The notes: generated from the letters alone by a model not told the origin. A stretch of DNA of 64,000 bases from Candidatus Nanoarchaeia archaeon (GCA_035289605.1 DATDWR010000014.1:13798-77797); one strand, 5' to 3'. Shown: positions 1 to 9,685, counted from the first letter of the stretch. A program made the numbers and translations.

Positions 1-1
1 G

Positions 2-460
2 CCTATACAGCCTTCTATCCGCCACTTAGTTAATTTAATTCAAATTCACGAATTTAATTTAAAAAAGATAATTAGTAATTTTAAAGATGAAGTAAAAAAC
101 AGCTTTGATAAACGAAGATTGAAGAATAGGGTGGAATGTATTTCTAATTGGGTGAAGAATTATGCTCCAGAAGAATTTAGATTCAAGCTTAATTTAGAGG
201 CACCAAAGATAAAATTAAATGAAAGTGAGAAAACAGCAATTAGAGAATTAGTTGAAGTATTAAAGAGAAAGAAGTTGAAGGATGAAGACCTTCACCAGGA
301 ATTTTATAGAATAATGCAGGATAATAAGCTTGATACAAAAAGTTTCTTTATTTTGATGTATAGAATTTTGATAAACAAAGAAAGAGGTCCCAAGCTTGCA
401 GGTTTTATTAATGCAATTGGATATGATAGGGTTGTATCCCTTCTGAAAAATTATAACTGA
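2..460 (+). CDS. lysK: class I lysyl-tRNA synthetase, C-terminal part (5' end outside the window)
   Basis: The frame is open from base 2 to TGA 458-460; the track start at 119 is an internal TTG. PSIRHLVNLIQI... and ...FFILMYRILINKERGPKLAGFINAIG match the conserved C-terminal region of archaeal class I LysRS. Confidence 0.7.
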   Translation, partial: PIQPSIRHLVNLIQIHEFNLKKIISNFKDEVKNSFDKRRLKNRVECISNWVKNYAPEEFRFKLNLEAPKIKLNESEKTAIRELVEVLKRKKLKDEDLHQEFYRIMQDNKLDTKSFFILMYRILINKERGPKLAGFINAIGYDRVVSLLKNYN

Positions 461-566
461 AAAATAATAACCAAAACTTTATATACCAATATTATTGCAT
501 TTTGCTTAAAATACAGATTTAGGCTGTTAAAGGCTTGTTTGTATAAAAATATGGGAGGATGCTAAA

Positions 567-737
567 ATGAGCGAGTTGTTAGTTGTTAGGAGTAAAATAA
601 AAGATGTGGCTAAAGGCATGAATGTTTCTGGAGATTTTGCTGACGCTTTAAGCGTTGAAGTTGAGAATCTTATAAAGAAGGCATGCGAAAGAGCTAAGGA
701 AAATAAAAGATCAACAATCCAGCCTAGGGATCTATAA
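567..737 (+). CDS. small histone-fold-like protein (DUF1931-like)
   Basis: 56-aa ORF below the track cutoff: MSELLVVRSKIKDVAKGMNVSGDFADALSVEVENLIKKACERAKENKRSTIQPRDL. GGAGG lies 8 nt upstream of the ATG. The pattern resembles DUF1931 proteins from memory. Confidence 0.5.
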   Translation: MSELLVVRSKIKDVAKGMNVSGDFADALSVEVENLIKKACERAKENKRSTIQPRDL

Positions 738-798
738 TTTTCTTTTTTTAATTTTTATCTTAAATTCCAAAAGCTATTTATAGAAATCTTTATTTAAT

Positions 799-1212
799 AT
801 GACTATGAAAGCTAAAGGTTCTAGAAGTGAGAGGGAGCTTGTTCATATGTTTAATTCTACAGGAATATGGTCTGCTGTTAGGATTGCTGGTTCTGGCTTG
901 ACAAAGGATCCTAATCCTGATGTCTTGGCAGGTAATAATTTAAGGTATCTTGCTATAGAATGCAAGGCTGTGAAGTCAACTTCTAAGTATCTTTATCCAG
1001 AAGAAGTTGATCAGATAGCTAATTTCTCAAAAAGGTTTGGTGCAGAGGCTTGGTTTGGTATTAAGTTTAATAATAAAGGATGGTTTTTTCTTAAACCAGA
1101 ACAGTTAAATAAGAGTAGGTCGAACAACCTTTTTGTTATTACATTTGATATAGCAAATAAGGAAGGTTTAAGTTTTGATGATTTGCTTGGTGAGGTGATA
1201 AAAGATGGATGA
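799..1212 (+). CDS. hjc: Holliday junction resolvase Hjc
   Basis: KGSRSERELVHMF...AVRIAGSG...PDVLAG...AIECKA is the archaeal Hjc nuclease motif set. Confidence 0.85.
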   Translation: MTMKAKGSRSERELVHMFNSTGIWSAVRIAGSGLTKDPNPDVLAGNNLRYLAIECKAVKSTSKYLYPEEVDQIANFSKRFGAEAWFGIKFNNKGWFFLKPEQLNKSRSNNLFVITFDIANKEGLSFDDLLGEVIKDG

Positions 1213-1579
1213 TATTATAAGGTATTCTGGAATTAATGATTTGTCCGATGATGAGCAGGTTATGCTTAGGTCCATTATTGAAAAGGAATTTCCCAAATTG
1301 AAGAGATATATAAAAAATAATATAGATATTATGGTTCATGTTAAAGTTTTAAAAAAAGAATCTAGGAAAAGGTATAATATAAATTTAAGGATTGATGCGC
1401 CGACTAGAGTTTTTTCTGAGCACAATCAGGACACAGAGAAGGGCGGTGATTGGGATTTGATTAAGTCTGCTCACAAGGCAGTGAAAGCTTTGGAAAATGA
1501 AGTTAAGCATAGGTTCAAGGCTGAAGATAAGAAAAAATGGAAGTTTGGCGGTATTAAGAGATTTTTTAGTAATGAATGA
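1205..1579 (+). CDS. hypothetical protein, ribosome-hibernation-factor-like (S30AE/HPF pattern)
   Basis: Overlaps the hjc stop by 8 nt. The alternating pattern (KEFPKLKRYIKNNIDIMVHVKV...YNINLRIDAP...DLIKSAHKAVKALENEVKH) resembles HPF/YfiA. This is weak, by eye only. Confidence 0.35.
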   Translation: MDDIIRYSGINDLSDDEQVMLRSIIEKEFPKLKRYIKNNIDIMVHVKVLKKESRKRYNINLRIDAPTRVFSEHNQDTEKGGDWDLIKSAHKAVKALENEVKHRFKAEDKKKWKFGGIKRFFSNE

Positions 1580-1619
1580 TTTTCAAAACATTTTTTAACT
1601 TTCTCGCTGCTTTATTTTT

Positions 1620-2345
1620 ATGCTTGAAGTTAAAAATCTAGTTAAGGACTATGCTAATTTTAGGGCTTTGAAAGGCTTGACGTTTAATGTGAAAAAGAAT
1701 GAGATTTTTGGAATTCTTGGCCCAAATGGTGCTGGAAAGTCAACTTTGATTAAAATTCTTACATGTTTTCAGGATAAAACTTCAGGTGAAGTAAAAATTG
1801 ATAATATCCCAATAGAAAAAAAGAACAGAATAAAACAGCTTATAGGCTGGGTTCCGCAGGAAGACACGTTTTATCATTATCTTACTGTTAATGAAAATCT
1901 TGAGTATTTTGCTTCTCTTTATGGCTTGTCAAGTAAAGAGTTTAAGGAAAAAAGCAGGGATCTTCTTAGTTTGCTTCAAATTGAGAATAAAAAGAATGCG
2001 ATTGCAGGTTCTCTTTCTGGGGGCATGAAAAGGAGGCTGAGTTTTGCTATTGCTTTGATGCATTCTCCAAAATTACTGTATCTGGATGAACCCACAGCAG
2101 GCGTTGATCCTGTTTCCAGGAGGGCTCTTTGGGATGTTATTAAGGATATAAAGAATAAGGGTATAACAATACTGTTTTGCACTCATTATCTTGATGAAGC
2201 AGATTTGCTTTGTGATAGGATTGCTATTATAAAATCTGGGCAGATAGTTACTATAGATACTTCTGCTAGTATTAAGAAAAATTATGGAAAAACTTTGGAG
2301 GAGGCTTTTGTTAAGATTGTTCATGAAGCTGGTAAAACTAGTTAA
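1620..2345 (+). CDS. ABC transporter ATP-binding protein
   Basis: Walker A GPNGAGKST, signature LSGGMKRRL, Walker B LLYLDEPTAGVD. Confidence 0.9.
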   Translation: MLEVKNLVKDYANFRALKGLTFNVKKNEIFGILGPNGAGKSTLIKILTCFQDKTSGEVKIDNIPIEKKNRIKQLIGWVPQEDTFYHYLTVNENLEYFASLYGLSSKEFKEKSRDLLSLLQIENKKNAIAGSLSGGMKRRLSFAIALMHSPKLLYLDEPTAGVDPVSRRALWDVIKDIKNKGITILFCTHYLDEADLLCDRIAIIKSGQIVTIDTSASIKKNYGKTLEEAFVKIVHEAGKTS

Positions 2346-3957
2346 GAAGGATCTGAAGCTTTTTAAGCGTGATACAAGAACCCTAATTCTTACTATAGTT
2401 GCGCCTATAATTATTTTGTTTATATTGGGGAATGTTTTCGGCCAGTCTTCTACAGAAAATTCAGTTAGTGGTATAAGCTTGGGTGTTTGTGATCTTGATA
2501 ATAACAGTTTTGAGTTTAATATTTCATTGTTTAATATTATTAAGTTGGATGGTGACTGTGCTCTTCCAGCTAAAAACTTGGTTTCAGAAGGTAAGCTAAG
2601 AGCTTCTGTTATTATTTCTGAAGGATTTTCTTCTGATATTAAGGAAGGCAAAGGTGCAGAGATAATTTTCTTCGTTGATAATTCTAAGACACAAACTGCC
2701 ATTGTTTCTTCTGACGCTATAAAGGCTTTTGTCCAAGACCTTAATGAGAAAATTGGCACAGAGTTTATTGATGAAGCATGGATAAGATTAAGCAATTTAA
2801 ACAATAATTTAAAGCTTGTTCTTCCGCAGCTTGAATTAGCAAGAAAATCAGCTGTTGAAACTCAGAAAGATCTGGCAGATATTAACAAACAGCTAAATAA
2901 GATAAACGAAAGTAGGTTAGACAGAATATTAAACGAGATTAATAATACTTCGCCTTATTTAAAGCAGAATTTGTCTAGTGAATTAGATGATATTGTATTA
3001 TCATTAAATAATATTACATCTTCTAGTTGTTTGGCAAACTCTAGCTTTTGTCCTTTGCTTGCTAATATTACTTCCAGCCTTGCTTCTTCAGCTTTTAGAA
3101 TTAAGCAAAAAGAAGAGAGTGTTAATAGTCTTGATATTGATATTCTCGCAAGCCAGATTGCAGTTATAAAGTACTTTAAAGCCAATATTACGCTGCAGGT
3201 GAAAGAAATTAACAAGACAGCTTTTGATTTTACTAATGATATTATATCTGTAGAAAAAGAGTTAAGGGAAACTTCTCAGGCATTGGATGTTTATACTTCT
3301 AGGGATCCTAAAACAATTATTAGGGCTGTTAGTCTTAATGAAAATCCTGTTTTTGGAGACAGGACTTATTTTGAGTTTTTGTCTTTGGGCTTGATACTTA
3401 TTCTTTTGTTGTTTACTGTTATGCTTTCAGTTTCTTCAAATATTGTTTCAGAGAGGAATACTGGAACTTTAGCTAGGACACTGCTTAGTCCTACATCAGT
3501 TCCTTTGTTTTTAGTTTCAAAGATTATATTCTTTGTAATTGTAAGTTTTATAGAATTGTTTGTGATGCTGATTGTTTCTTACTTTTTTGGTGCTCCAATG
3601 TATATATCGCTGATAGTTTTATTGATTATGCTTTTTGCTTCAGTTAATTTTATACTTATTGGCATGTTTGTAGGATCGATTTCAAGAACTGAGAATACAG
3701 CACTGTTGACTTCTCTTGTTATAGGGCTTCCTATGTTTTTCCTTAGCGGTTTGTTCTTCCCTTTTGAGATTATGCCTAAATTCATGAGATTTGTAGGCGC
3801 AAATTCACCTCTTACATTGGCTCATGATAGCCTGGAAAAAATAGTCCTTTATGGCACTAAGTTTGAATATATTTCTTTTGTCAAGCTTGTTGTATTTTCT
3901 TTAATTCTGTTTCTTGTAGTATACTTTATAATTAAGAAGAAACCAACAGCAGGCTGA
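2323..3957 (+). CDS. ABC-2 type transporter permease with large extracytoplasmic coiled-coil domain (YhgE/Pip-like architecture)
   Basis: Has an N-terminal TM, a ~330-aa Asn/Ser-rich loop and a C-terminal multi-TM ABC-2 block. I prefer the ATG at 2323 (MKLVKLVKKDLKLF...) over the track start at 2284. It is coupled to the upstream ATPase. Confidence 0.75.
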   Translation: MKLVKLVKKDLKLFKRDTRTLILTIVAPIIILFILGNVFGQSSTENSVSGISLGVCDLDNNSFEFNISLFNIIKLDGDCALPAKNLVSEGKLRASVIISEGFSSDIKEGKGAEIIFFVDNSKTQTAIVSSDAIKAFVQDLNEKIGTEFIDEAWIRLSNLNNNLKLVLPQLELARKSAVETQKDLADINKQLNKINESRLDRILNEINNTSPYLKQNLSSELDDIVLSLNNITSSSCLANSSFCPLLANITSSLASSAFRIKQKEESVNSLDIDILASQIAVIKYFKANITLQVKEINKTAFDFTNDIISVEKELRETSQALDVYTSRDPKTIIRAVSLNENPVFGDRTYFEFLSLGLILILLLFTVMLSVSSNIVSERNTGTLARTLLSPTSVPLFLVSKIIFFVIVSFIELFVMLIVSYFFGAPMYISLIVLLIMLFASVNFILIGMFVGSISRTENTALLTSLVIGLPMFFLSGLFFPFEIMPKFMRFVGANSPLTLAHDSLEKIVLYGTKFEYISFVKLVVFSLILFLVVYFIIKKKPTAG

Positions 3958-4130
3958 TTTTAATATTATACTAAATAGAAGCGGCTTTGTTTAATGAGTG
4001 CTCAAAAATAGCCTCAATTAAATTTTTTCCCCAGTCATAACATTAGAATAACATCAAAGATTTTACTTTTTACACAAAGCCAATAGAAGCGAAATGTTTT
4101 AATATAAAACAAAATACTGACTCTTACGGA

Positions 4131-4547
4131 ATGAGTTATGTATCATATTTGGCTTTTGGAGAAAACCCGGAGGGTATAGAAGGAATTCTTGAAGAAAGTG
4201 GTTTTAAGCTTGAAGAATGGCCCTCTGAAGCTTTAGGATTGGTTATAGGAGGCAATTTAGTTGTTTACGCAGCAAAAAATGGTGTTCCGTCAAATGTTGC
4301 GCATTTTAGATTAATTTCATCAAGCTATGGTATGGAAGCAGAATTTTGGAGTCAAAGAGGAATAGGCAGTATTGCACGGCAGGCCTGCATCACTTATACT
4401 GAAGAAACAGAAGGTAGTGTATATGGATTATTGGAAAAATTAAAAACAAGATATAATTGTGCAGTAGTGGAGCCTGAATCATCTAGGCTGAAAAGAGAAG
4501 AGGCAAAATTAAGTAAAGGACAGCATAAGCAAAAAGAAGCTGTTTAG
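4131..4547 (+). CDS. hypothetical protein
   Basis: 138-aa ORF with no recognisable motif. It looks more GC-rich than its neighbours. Confidence 0.5.
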   Translation: MSYVSYLAFGENPEGIEGILEESGFKLEEWPSEALGLVIGGNLVVYAAKNGVPSNVAHFRLISSSYGMEAEFWSQRGIGSIARQACITYTEETEGSVYGLLEKLKTRYNCAVVEPESSRLKREEAKLSKGQHKQKEAV

Positions 4548-4625
4548 AAAGATTTTCAGATTATCCGCAATAATTACAGAAATTTGTGCTAAAGGCTTTT
4601 TAATTCTGAAGTTTAATATATTTGG

Positions 4626-5723
4626 ATGCTCAAAAAATTATTAATTGTTTTCATGTTTATAATGCCTGTAGTAGCATCATTAAATGAGACATGCTGCCAG
4701 TGTCAGGAGAATAACACAAAATTAAGCAGCAATGAATGTTATGTATCATTATCCTTGACAACTGAAAAAAGTGTATATAACAACTCGGAAAAGATAATTT
4801 TTTACAATAATTTGACAAGTAAGAAGTATCCTTTTATTATTCAGTATTGGATTGAGGATTCTGATGGAAATATCATAAAAGAAAAAATTAACACCTCAAA
4901 TATAAATGCAAAGTCTTTTACTCCAAAATTTGTCAGGCCAAAGACATTGTTATTCAAGAATGAGCTTGTTTCTATAGAATGTAATAATACTTCTGATAAG
5001 TTATATTCTGAAAAGGTGGTTTTCGTTGATGTTGACCTAGACACAGATCCTCGTATAGAGATTTCTAGTTTTTATTTAGGCATAGATAATAAGGTAAAGC
5101 TTGGCGATAAAATAAGTCCGAAGATTTCTGTTTATACAGGCAATTACTCGAATAATAATCTGACTATAGGAATTATTAATCTTACTGGTGATATGAATTT
5201 TGAATTAAGAGAAAGTTTTACAGCTTACGATTTCAAGCCTGAACTGTCTATTCCAAATGATTGTAGCTTTGATTCTGCAAATTACACATTTTATGCTTCT
5301 GCCTTGGGAGAATATGTTTCTAGGTCTTTTTTCCTTGAGAATAATTGTAAGGAGATGAATTCTTCAAATTCTTCTATTAGTTTTTCTGGTAATCAGGAAT
5401 ACATTGAAAATGAATCCTTGTCCGAAAGCAATATAAATCTTGCTGAAAACCCTTCTAATGAGCAGACAATTTATAGTTCAGCAAACACAAAGGCCAAAAA
5501 GCCTATGCTTTACGCGTTTATTGCTGTTGCTTTGTTCATGTTGTTTGTTCTTATGCCTAAGAGTAGTATTTTAAAGGATTTGACAAAGAATGGTATTCAC
5601 AATAAGGACGATAATAGAAGTGATCGGCCATCCAGAGCCTCACGTAAACGAGGTGGCTTCCAAAGTGTTGGAAAATTTGAAAAAAGAGCCTGGAATAACA
5701 GTTCTGAAGGAAGGCTTGAGTAA
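4626..5723 (+). CDS. secreted, C-terminally membrane-anchored Asn-rich protein
   Basis: Has a signal-like N-terminus (MLKKLLIVFMFIMPVVAS), many NxS/T sequons and a C-terminal TM (MLYAFIAVALFMLFVLM) followed by a basic tail. Confidence 0.65.
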   Translation: MLKKLLIVFMFIMPVVASLNETCCQCQENNTKLSSNECYVSLSLTTEKSVYNNSEKIIFYNNLTSKKYPFIIQYWIEDSDGNIIKEKINTSNINAKSFTPKFVRPKTLLFKNELVSIECNNTSDKLYSEKVVFVDVDLDTDPRIEISSFYLGIDNKVKLGDKISPKISVYTGNYSNNNLTIGIINLTGDMNFELRESFTAYDFKPELSIPNDCSFDSANYTFYASALGEYVSRSFFLENNCKEMNSSNSSISFSGNQEYIENESLSESNINLAENPSNEQTIYSSANTKAKKPMLYAFIAVALFMLFVLMPKSSILKDLTKNGIHNKDDNRSDRPSRASRKRGGFQSVGKFEKRAWNNSSEGRLE

Positions 5724-6000
5724 AGCAGAGCTTGTAAAGTCTGATATATTTGCTTCACATTTAGAAATCGAGCTTAAGCTTGTTGATATGAACAGGTTAT
5801 TGAGTTTTTGTTATGAATATCTTCCGTCATCTGTGGAGATTATAGATGCTAAGAAGATTGTCATTCCTACTAGAGAGGTTACTATTGCTCTTGGTGAAAT
5901 GCTCAGGAAACTGCATGGCTATAATCTGATGCTTCACAACCTTAATGAAAAAAATAAGGAATTGTCTCAAGCTTTCGAAAAAAAGGAAAAGAAAATTTAG
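5590..6000 (+). CDS. hypothetical protein
   Basis: 136-aa ORF with a globular-looking sequence. Its 5' 134 nt overlap the tail of the preceding ORF, so the start is uncertain. Confidence 0.5.
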   Translation: MVFTIRTIIEVIGHPEPHVNEVASKVLENLKKEPGITVLKEGLSKAELVKSDIFASHLEIELKLVDMNRLLSFCYEYLPSSVEIIDAKKIVIPTREVTIALGEMLRKLHGYNLMLHNLNEKNKELSQAFEKKEKKI

Positions 6001-6001
6001 T

Positions 6002-7318
6002 CTATTGCCTTCTTCTTGATTCTTCTATAAATTTCTCAAATTCTCTTTGCTTTGGTTTCCCTTTTGCGTAGATTATGAACATTATAATTAAGAATAATAG
6101 GAATGTTATTGCGACTACGATCCAGAATGCAGTTCTGTTTTCTTTTTTGTTGTCTATTTCTTTTCTATAGATTTTAACAGGTGTTATAGTTTCATTTTTT
6201 GTTGCTTCAGGAGGGGCTTTTTCAGTATAGACTGCAATAAGTTCTACTGAAATTCTCGCCTCTGCCCCTTCTTTGCTCTTAACTACTAATTCTCCTGTGT
6301 AATTCTTGTCCAAGTTTTTATTTTTGTTTATGTCTATAGTTACTTGTGTTTTTTCTTTGGGCTTTAATTCCAGTATATTATCGGGGTTTGAGGACATTAC
6401 ACTTGAAATACCATTGGTAAATGTTACTGTCAAGTTCTTTAGGCTTACATTCAAGTTATTGTTTATTGTTATGTTGGCGCTATAAGCAAGTTCTTTTCTT
6501 ATTTTTATTTTAATATCTAGTTTGCTTCCATAGTTGTCTGTTACAGTTATAGCATTTTCTAGACTTGTAGTTTTGTTATTAATAATTTGCGAAGCATTGC
6601 CTGTGATGTTTGTTTGATTTGTTGTATTAAGAATAGTTTCTGCACGATCCCTTAGTATGAGTATTGGCAGGGAATAGTTCCCATTTTCGTATTTTATCTG
6701 TAAGGCTGTGTTAAAATATTCTCCTTGCTTGCTGTAGATTTTGCTGTTAACTTCTATTGTCTTTGCTTGTCCTGGACTCAAGATGAATTTTTTAGTGCTG
6801 GGAACTATTATATCATCTGAAATTACTTCAATATTTTGTGATAGTCCTAGATTGCTTTTTACTGTCAAGCTGAATTTTGCTTCTTCATAGTATTTTAATT
6901 TTGTAAAATAGTATCCTGGCTTTATGCTCATTGCAGCATTTTCAGAATTTACATGTATTTTTTTCTCAAAGTTCTCTTTCATTGCAATTCCATCCTTGAT
7001 ATAGAATATATCTAAAAATATTATATTATAAGATCCATTGCTTAGTGAAGGAATATTAAAATAAAAGAGATAATAGCTACTGTTTACCTTTATCAGGTTT
7101 TTTGATACAGCTATATTGTATAGGTTATTGTCTGTAAATTTTAAATTAGAGAGTGTTATGTCTTTGCTTAGCTGTATATTATTTATTATTAGTTCTCCTT
7201 GTAGTGTCTCAAAATTTTTGTATTCTTCTTTGAATATTTTTATTTCTGCATCTTGTGCTGTAGAAAGTGGAATTATAAGTACAAATAATGTTAGTATTAG
7301 GATGTTTGTTTTATGCAT
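6002..7318 (-). CDS. surface protein (signal peptide, beta-rich Asn-rich ectodomain, C-terminal TM anchor)
   Basis: Signal-like MHKTNILILTLFVLIIPLSTAQD, numerous NxT/S sequons, and a C-terminal TM (AFWIVVAITFLLFLIIMFIIY) plus KR tail. Confidence 0.7.
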   Translation of the reverse strand: MHKTNILILTLFVLIIPLSTAQDAEIKIFKEEYKNFETLQGELIINNIQLSKDITLSNLKFTDNNLYNIAVSKNLIKVNSSYYLFYFNIPSLSNGSYNIIFLDIFYIKDGIAMKENFEKKIHVNSENAAMSIKPGYYFTKLKYYEEAKFSLTVKSNLGLSQNIEVISDDIIVPSTKKFILSPGQAKTIEVNSKIYSKQGEYFNTALQIKYENGNYSLPILILRDRAETILNTTNQTNITGNASQIINNKTTSLENAITVTDNYGSKLDIKIKIRKELAYSANITINNNLNVSLKNLTVTFTNGISSVMSSNPDNILELKPKEKTQVTIDINKNKNLDKNYTGELVVKSKEGAEARISVELIAVYTEKAPPEATKNETITPVKIYRKEIDNKKENRTAFWIVVAITFLLFLIIMFIIYAKGKPKQREFEKFIEESRRRQ

Positions 7319-7324
7319 TCCACT

Positions 7325-9100
7325 TTATTTCCCTTTTATTAATTTCTCAGCCTCTCTTAAGGATCTTTCAAGTTCTTCTTCCTCTTTGGATTTAACTGCT
7401 CTTTGGGGAGCTATTCTTGGCGGTGTTTGTTGCCTTGCAGGTTGTGTTTGTCTTGGCTGTTCTACTGGTCTAAATTCTGCCACTCTCCTGTAATCTTCAA
7501 ATGTCTGTTTTTTCTTTTTCCTGAATAAGTCCTTTAATGAAACTTTTCCTGTTTTTACAAATTTGAAATAGAATATTGCGCCTAGAACAAGCAGAGCAGT
7601 TATTAATATTAGTACCCAAACCCAAATACTTCCCCCATTCTCTTTAGGTGGAGTTTCATCTTCAGGTAGATCTGCAGGTGTTTCTTCTGTTTCTTCTTCT
7701 TTTTGTATGCACACTCCAAATTTGCATTCTTGTCCGCTTTCGCAGTCTGCGCTTGCTGTGCATCCTTCTTGCTCTTCTTCTTCAGGTTTCTCTTCAGTTG
7801 TTCTGCATAGTTCTTCTTCTTTGCATTCCTCTTCTCCGCAGTCTTGCACTCCATCATTGTCATCATCAATATTGTTTCCGCAGATTTCTCTTTTAATGTT
7901 AACAGGTTCTATCTCTTCTATTGCTGCTCTTCCTAAGTCAACTCCATGTAAAGCAAGTAAGGCAAATGCTGTATTTCTGATGTTTCTATTCCAGCTTCCG
8001 TCTTTTCCAGCTTTTCTAAGCAAATAATCTCTGGCTCTTCCTACGTTTTCTGTTTTTTCTGTTCCATCCATTGCCAGTATTGCTAGTGATGTTACATAAG
8101 CATCTCCGTTGAAGCTTCCGTCTTGTTTCTGTTGTTTTGCTAGTTCTTCTAGAAATGATGGCGCAACGCTGCTGGATTTCAAAAGTACTCTATTTAATAA
8201 TGATAAGTGAATAAGATTTCCTGGTTTTAATTGGCTTTCCATGTAGATTATTGTTCCCATGTCTTCTTTTGTAGATCCTATTTCTCCCATTTCAAGTAAG
8301 GCCCAGCTTGCAAATGCTGTTGATTCATAATCGCATGTGCTTGTGCTTTTTCCTGTCCCGTAGCAGGCATTCGCTACGATTAATTCTGTGTTCGTAACAG
8401 CTTCGCTTTTTTGTATAAAGAAAGTATTTGCATCTGGCTTGAATATTAGTGTTATTATTGTGCTTGGTATTGCGCTGCAGTCAGCTTCTATTTTTGGTGT
8501 TACTGTTCTGAGAATATTTGTATCTATTTCATTTAAATTTATGTAGTACTCTCCTCTCGCCTTTTTTATTTTATCACCTTCAAGCTCAAATGGTTTTGCA
8601 GGCCTGTTGCCGTATTTTATGCTGCATGTTCCGTCTGTGCTTGATTTTATTACCAGCCACCATTCTCCCTTGTTTCCCATGGAAATTTTTGCATCTTTGA
8701 GCCATTTAACTTCTTGTGTTACATCTTGTCCTGCCAAGTATAGTGCTAAAGTTGCTAGCGCACTATCCTTTGTTTTGCATCCTCCTTTTGGCCAGCAGTG
8801 CTGCACAGGATCTTCTGTTTTTACAAGTTCTTCAACTATTCCGCTTAGTTCTCTAGTCGGCTGTCCCAGTAATGCCATTAGCGCAGTTGATCTTTCTTGA
8901 ACATCAAGGCTCTTTGTTGTAGTTGTATTGTATAGCCATTCATAAGAATTAATTAATCCTTCAACTGCGTCTTGGTTTGTATTTAATGAATTAGTATTTT
9001 CAGTGTCTTGTTCTTCATGTTCTGTTGCAGTAGCAAAATTTAAAGTTAATATTAAGGTCAGAATTATCGCTGTTATTGCTCTAGCTGTACCTCTTTTCAT
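7325..9100 (-). CDS. surface protein with prenyltransferase/terpene-cyclase-like alpha-alpha toroid repeats, Cys/Asp/Glu-rich stalk and TM anchor
   Basis: Repeats of the type CWPKGGCKTKDSALATLAL, DGSFNGDAYVTSLAILAM and KDGSWNRNIRNTAFALLAL. Also CGNNIDDDNDGVQDCGEEEC, an acidic stalk, a TM (IWVWVLILITALLVLGAIFYF) and a Pro/Gln-rich tail. I prefer the start at 9100 (MKRGTARAITAIIL signal) to the track start at 9145. Confidence 0.6.
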   Translation of the reverse strand: MKRGTARAITAIILTLILTLNFATATEHEEQDTENTNSLNTNQDAVEGLINSYEWLYNTTTTKSLDVQERSTALMALLGQPTRELSGIVEELVKTEDPVQHCWPKGGCKTKDSALATLALYLAGQDVTQEVKWLKDAKISMGNKGEWWLVIKSSTDGTCSIKYGNRPAKPFELEGDKIKKARGEYYINLNEIDTNILRTVTPKIEADCSAIPSTIITLIFKPDANTFFIQKSEAVTNTELIVANACYGTGKSTSTCDYESTAFASWALLEMGEIGSTKEDMGTIIYMESQLKPGNLIHLSLLNRVLLKSSSVAPSFLEELAKQQKQDGSFNGDAYVTSLAILAMDGTEKTENVGRARDYLLRKAGKDGSWNRNIRNTAFALLALHGVDLGRAAIEEIEPVNIKREICGNNIDDDNDGVQDCGEEECKEEELCRTTEEKPEEEEQEGCTASADCESGQECKFGVCIQKEEETEETPADLPEDETPPKENGGSIWVWVLILITALLVLGAIFYFKFVKTGKVSLKDLFRKKKKQTFEDYRRVAEFRPVEQPRQTQPARQQTPPRIAPQRAVKSKEEEELERSLREAEKLIKGK

Positions 9101-9154
9101 AATATGTTTATTCAGAGCAATTGGTTTATAAACATTTCTAAACAATATGTGTTT

Positions 9155-9640
9155 ATGCTACCTAAAACTTACTTAAAATTTAATCCTGCGATTTTTAGCA
9201 AAGGAAAAAGAGGTTTGATATATCTGATTAAAAAAAATAATAAGAAATATGCTATAAAAATTAAACTGCCAGCATCCAGAGCAATTAACAGGATTAATAT
9301 CGAAGCTGATTTTCTTAAGTTGTTGAATAGATATAATATAGGCCCAAAGATTATAGATTTTGGTGATGATTTTATTGTTTATGAGTTCGTTGAGGGTATA
9401 ACTTTAAAAGAATTTCTTAAGAGTAATAATTTAGATAAAAAAATAATTAATAATATAATAAAGCAATGTAAAATATTAGATAAATTAAAAATTAACAAGG
9501 AAGAGATGCATTCTCCCTTGAAGAATATTATAATTACTAGAGATAGAATGCCTGTGCTTATTGATTTTGAAAGGTGTCATTTTACTTCTAGGCCTAAGAA
9601 CTTGAATCAGTTTAGAGAATTTTTGAAAAAAAAACTTTAA
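9155..9640 (+). CDS. small atypical Ser/Thr protein kinase (RIO/Bud32-like)
   Basis: KGKRGLIYLIKK..YAIKIK (P-loop plus Lys), EADFLKLL, YEFVEG, and VLIDFERC (DFG-like). I prefer the start at 9155, which avoids overlap with the divergent gene. Confidence 0.55.
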   Translation: MLPKTYLKFNPAIFSKGKRGLIYLIKKNNKKYAIKIKLPASRAINRINIEADFLKLLNRYNIGPKIIDFGDDFIVYEFVEGITLKEFLKSNNLDKKIINNIIKQCKILDKLKINKEEMHSPLKNIIITRDRMPVLIDFERCHFTSRPKNLNQFREFLKKKL

Positions 9641-9685
9641 GTTTATAATTGAGCGAAGATGCTGCTACAATGATTGGCTGCTAGA

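Noticed and set aside
2073-2804. 243-aa minus-strand ORF spanning the ABC ATPase/permease junction
   Set aside because: It is antisense to two motif-supported genes and has no motifs of its own.
7609-8900. Several 60-106-aa ORFs on both strands within 7325..9100
   Set aside because: They are generated by the Glu/Lys/Cys-rich low-complexity region of the surface protein gene and are not independent genes.
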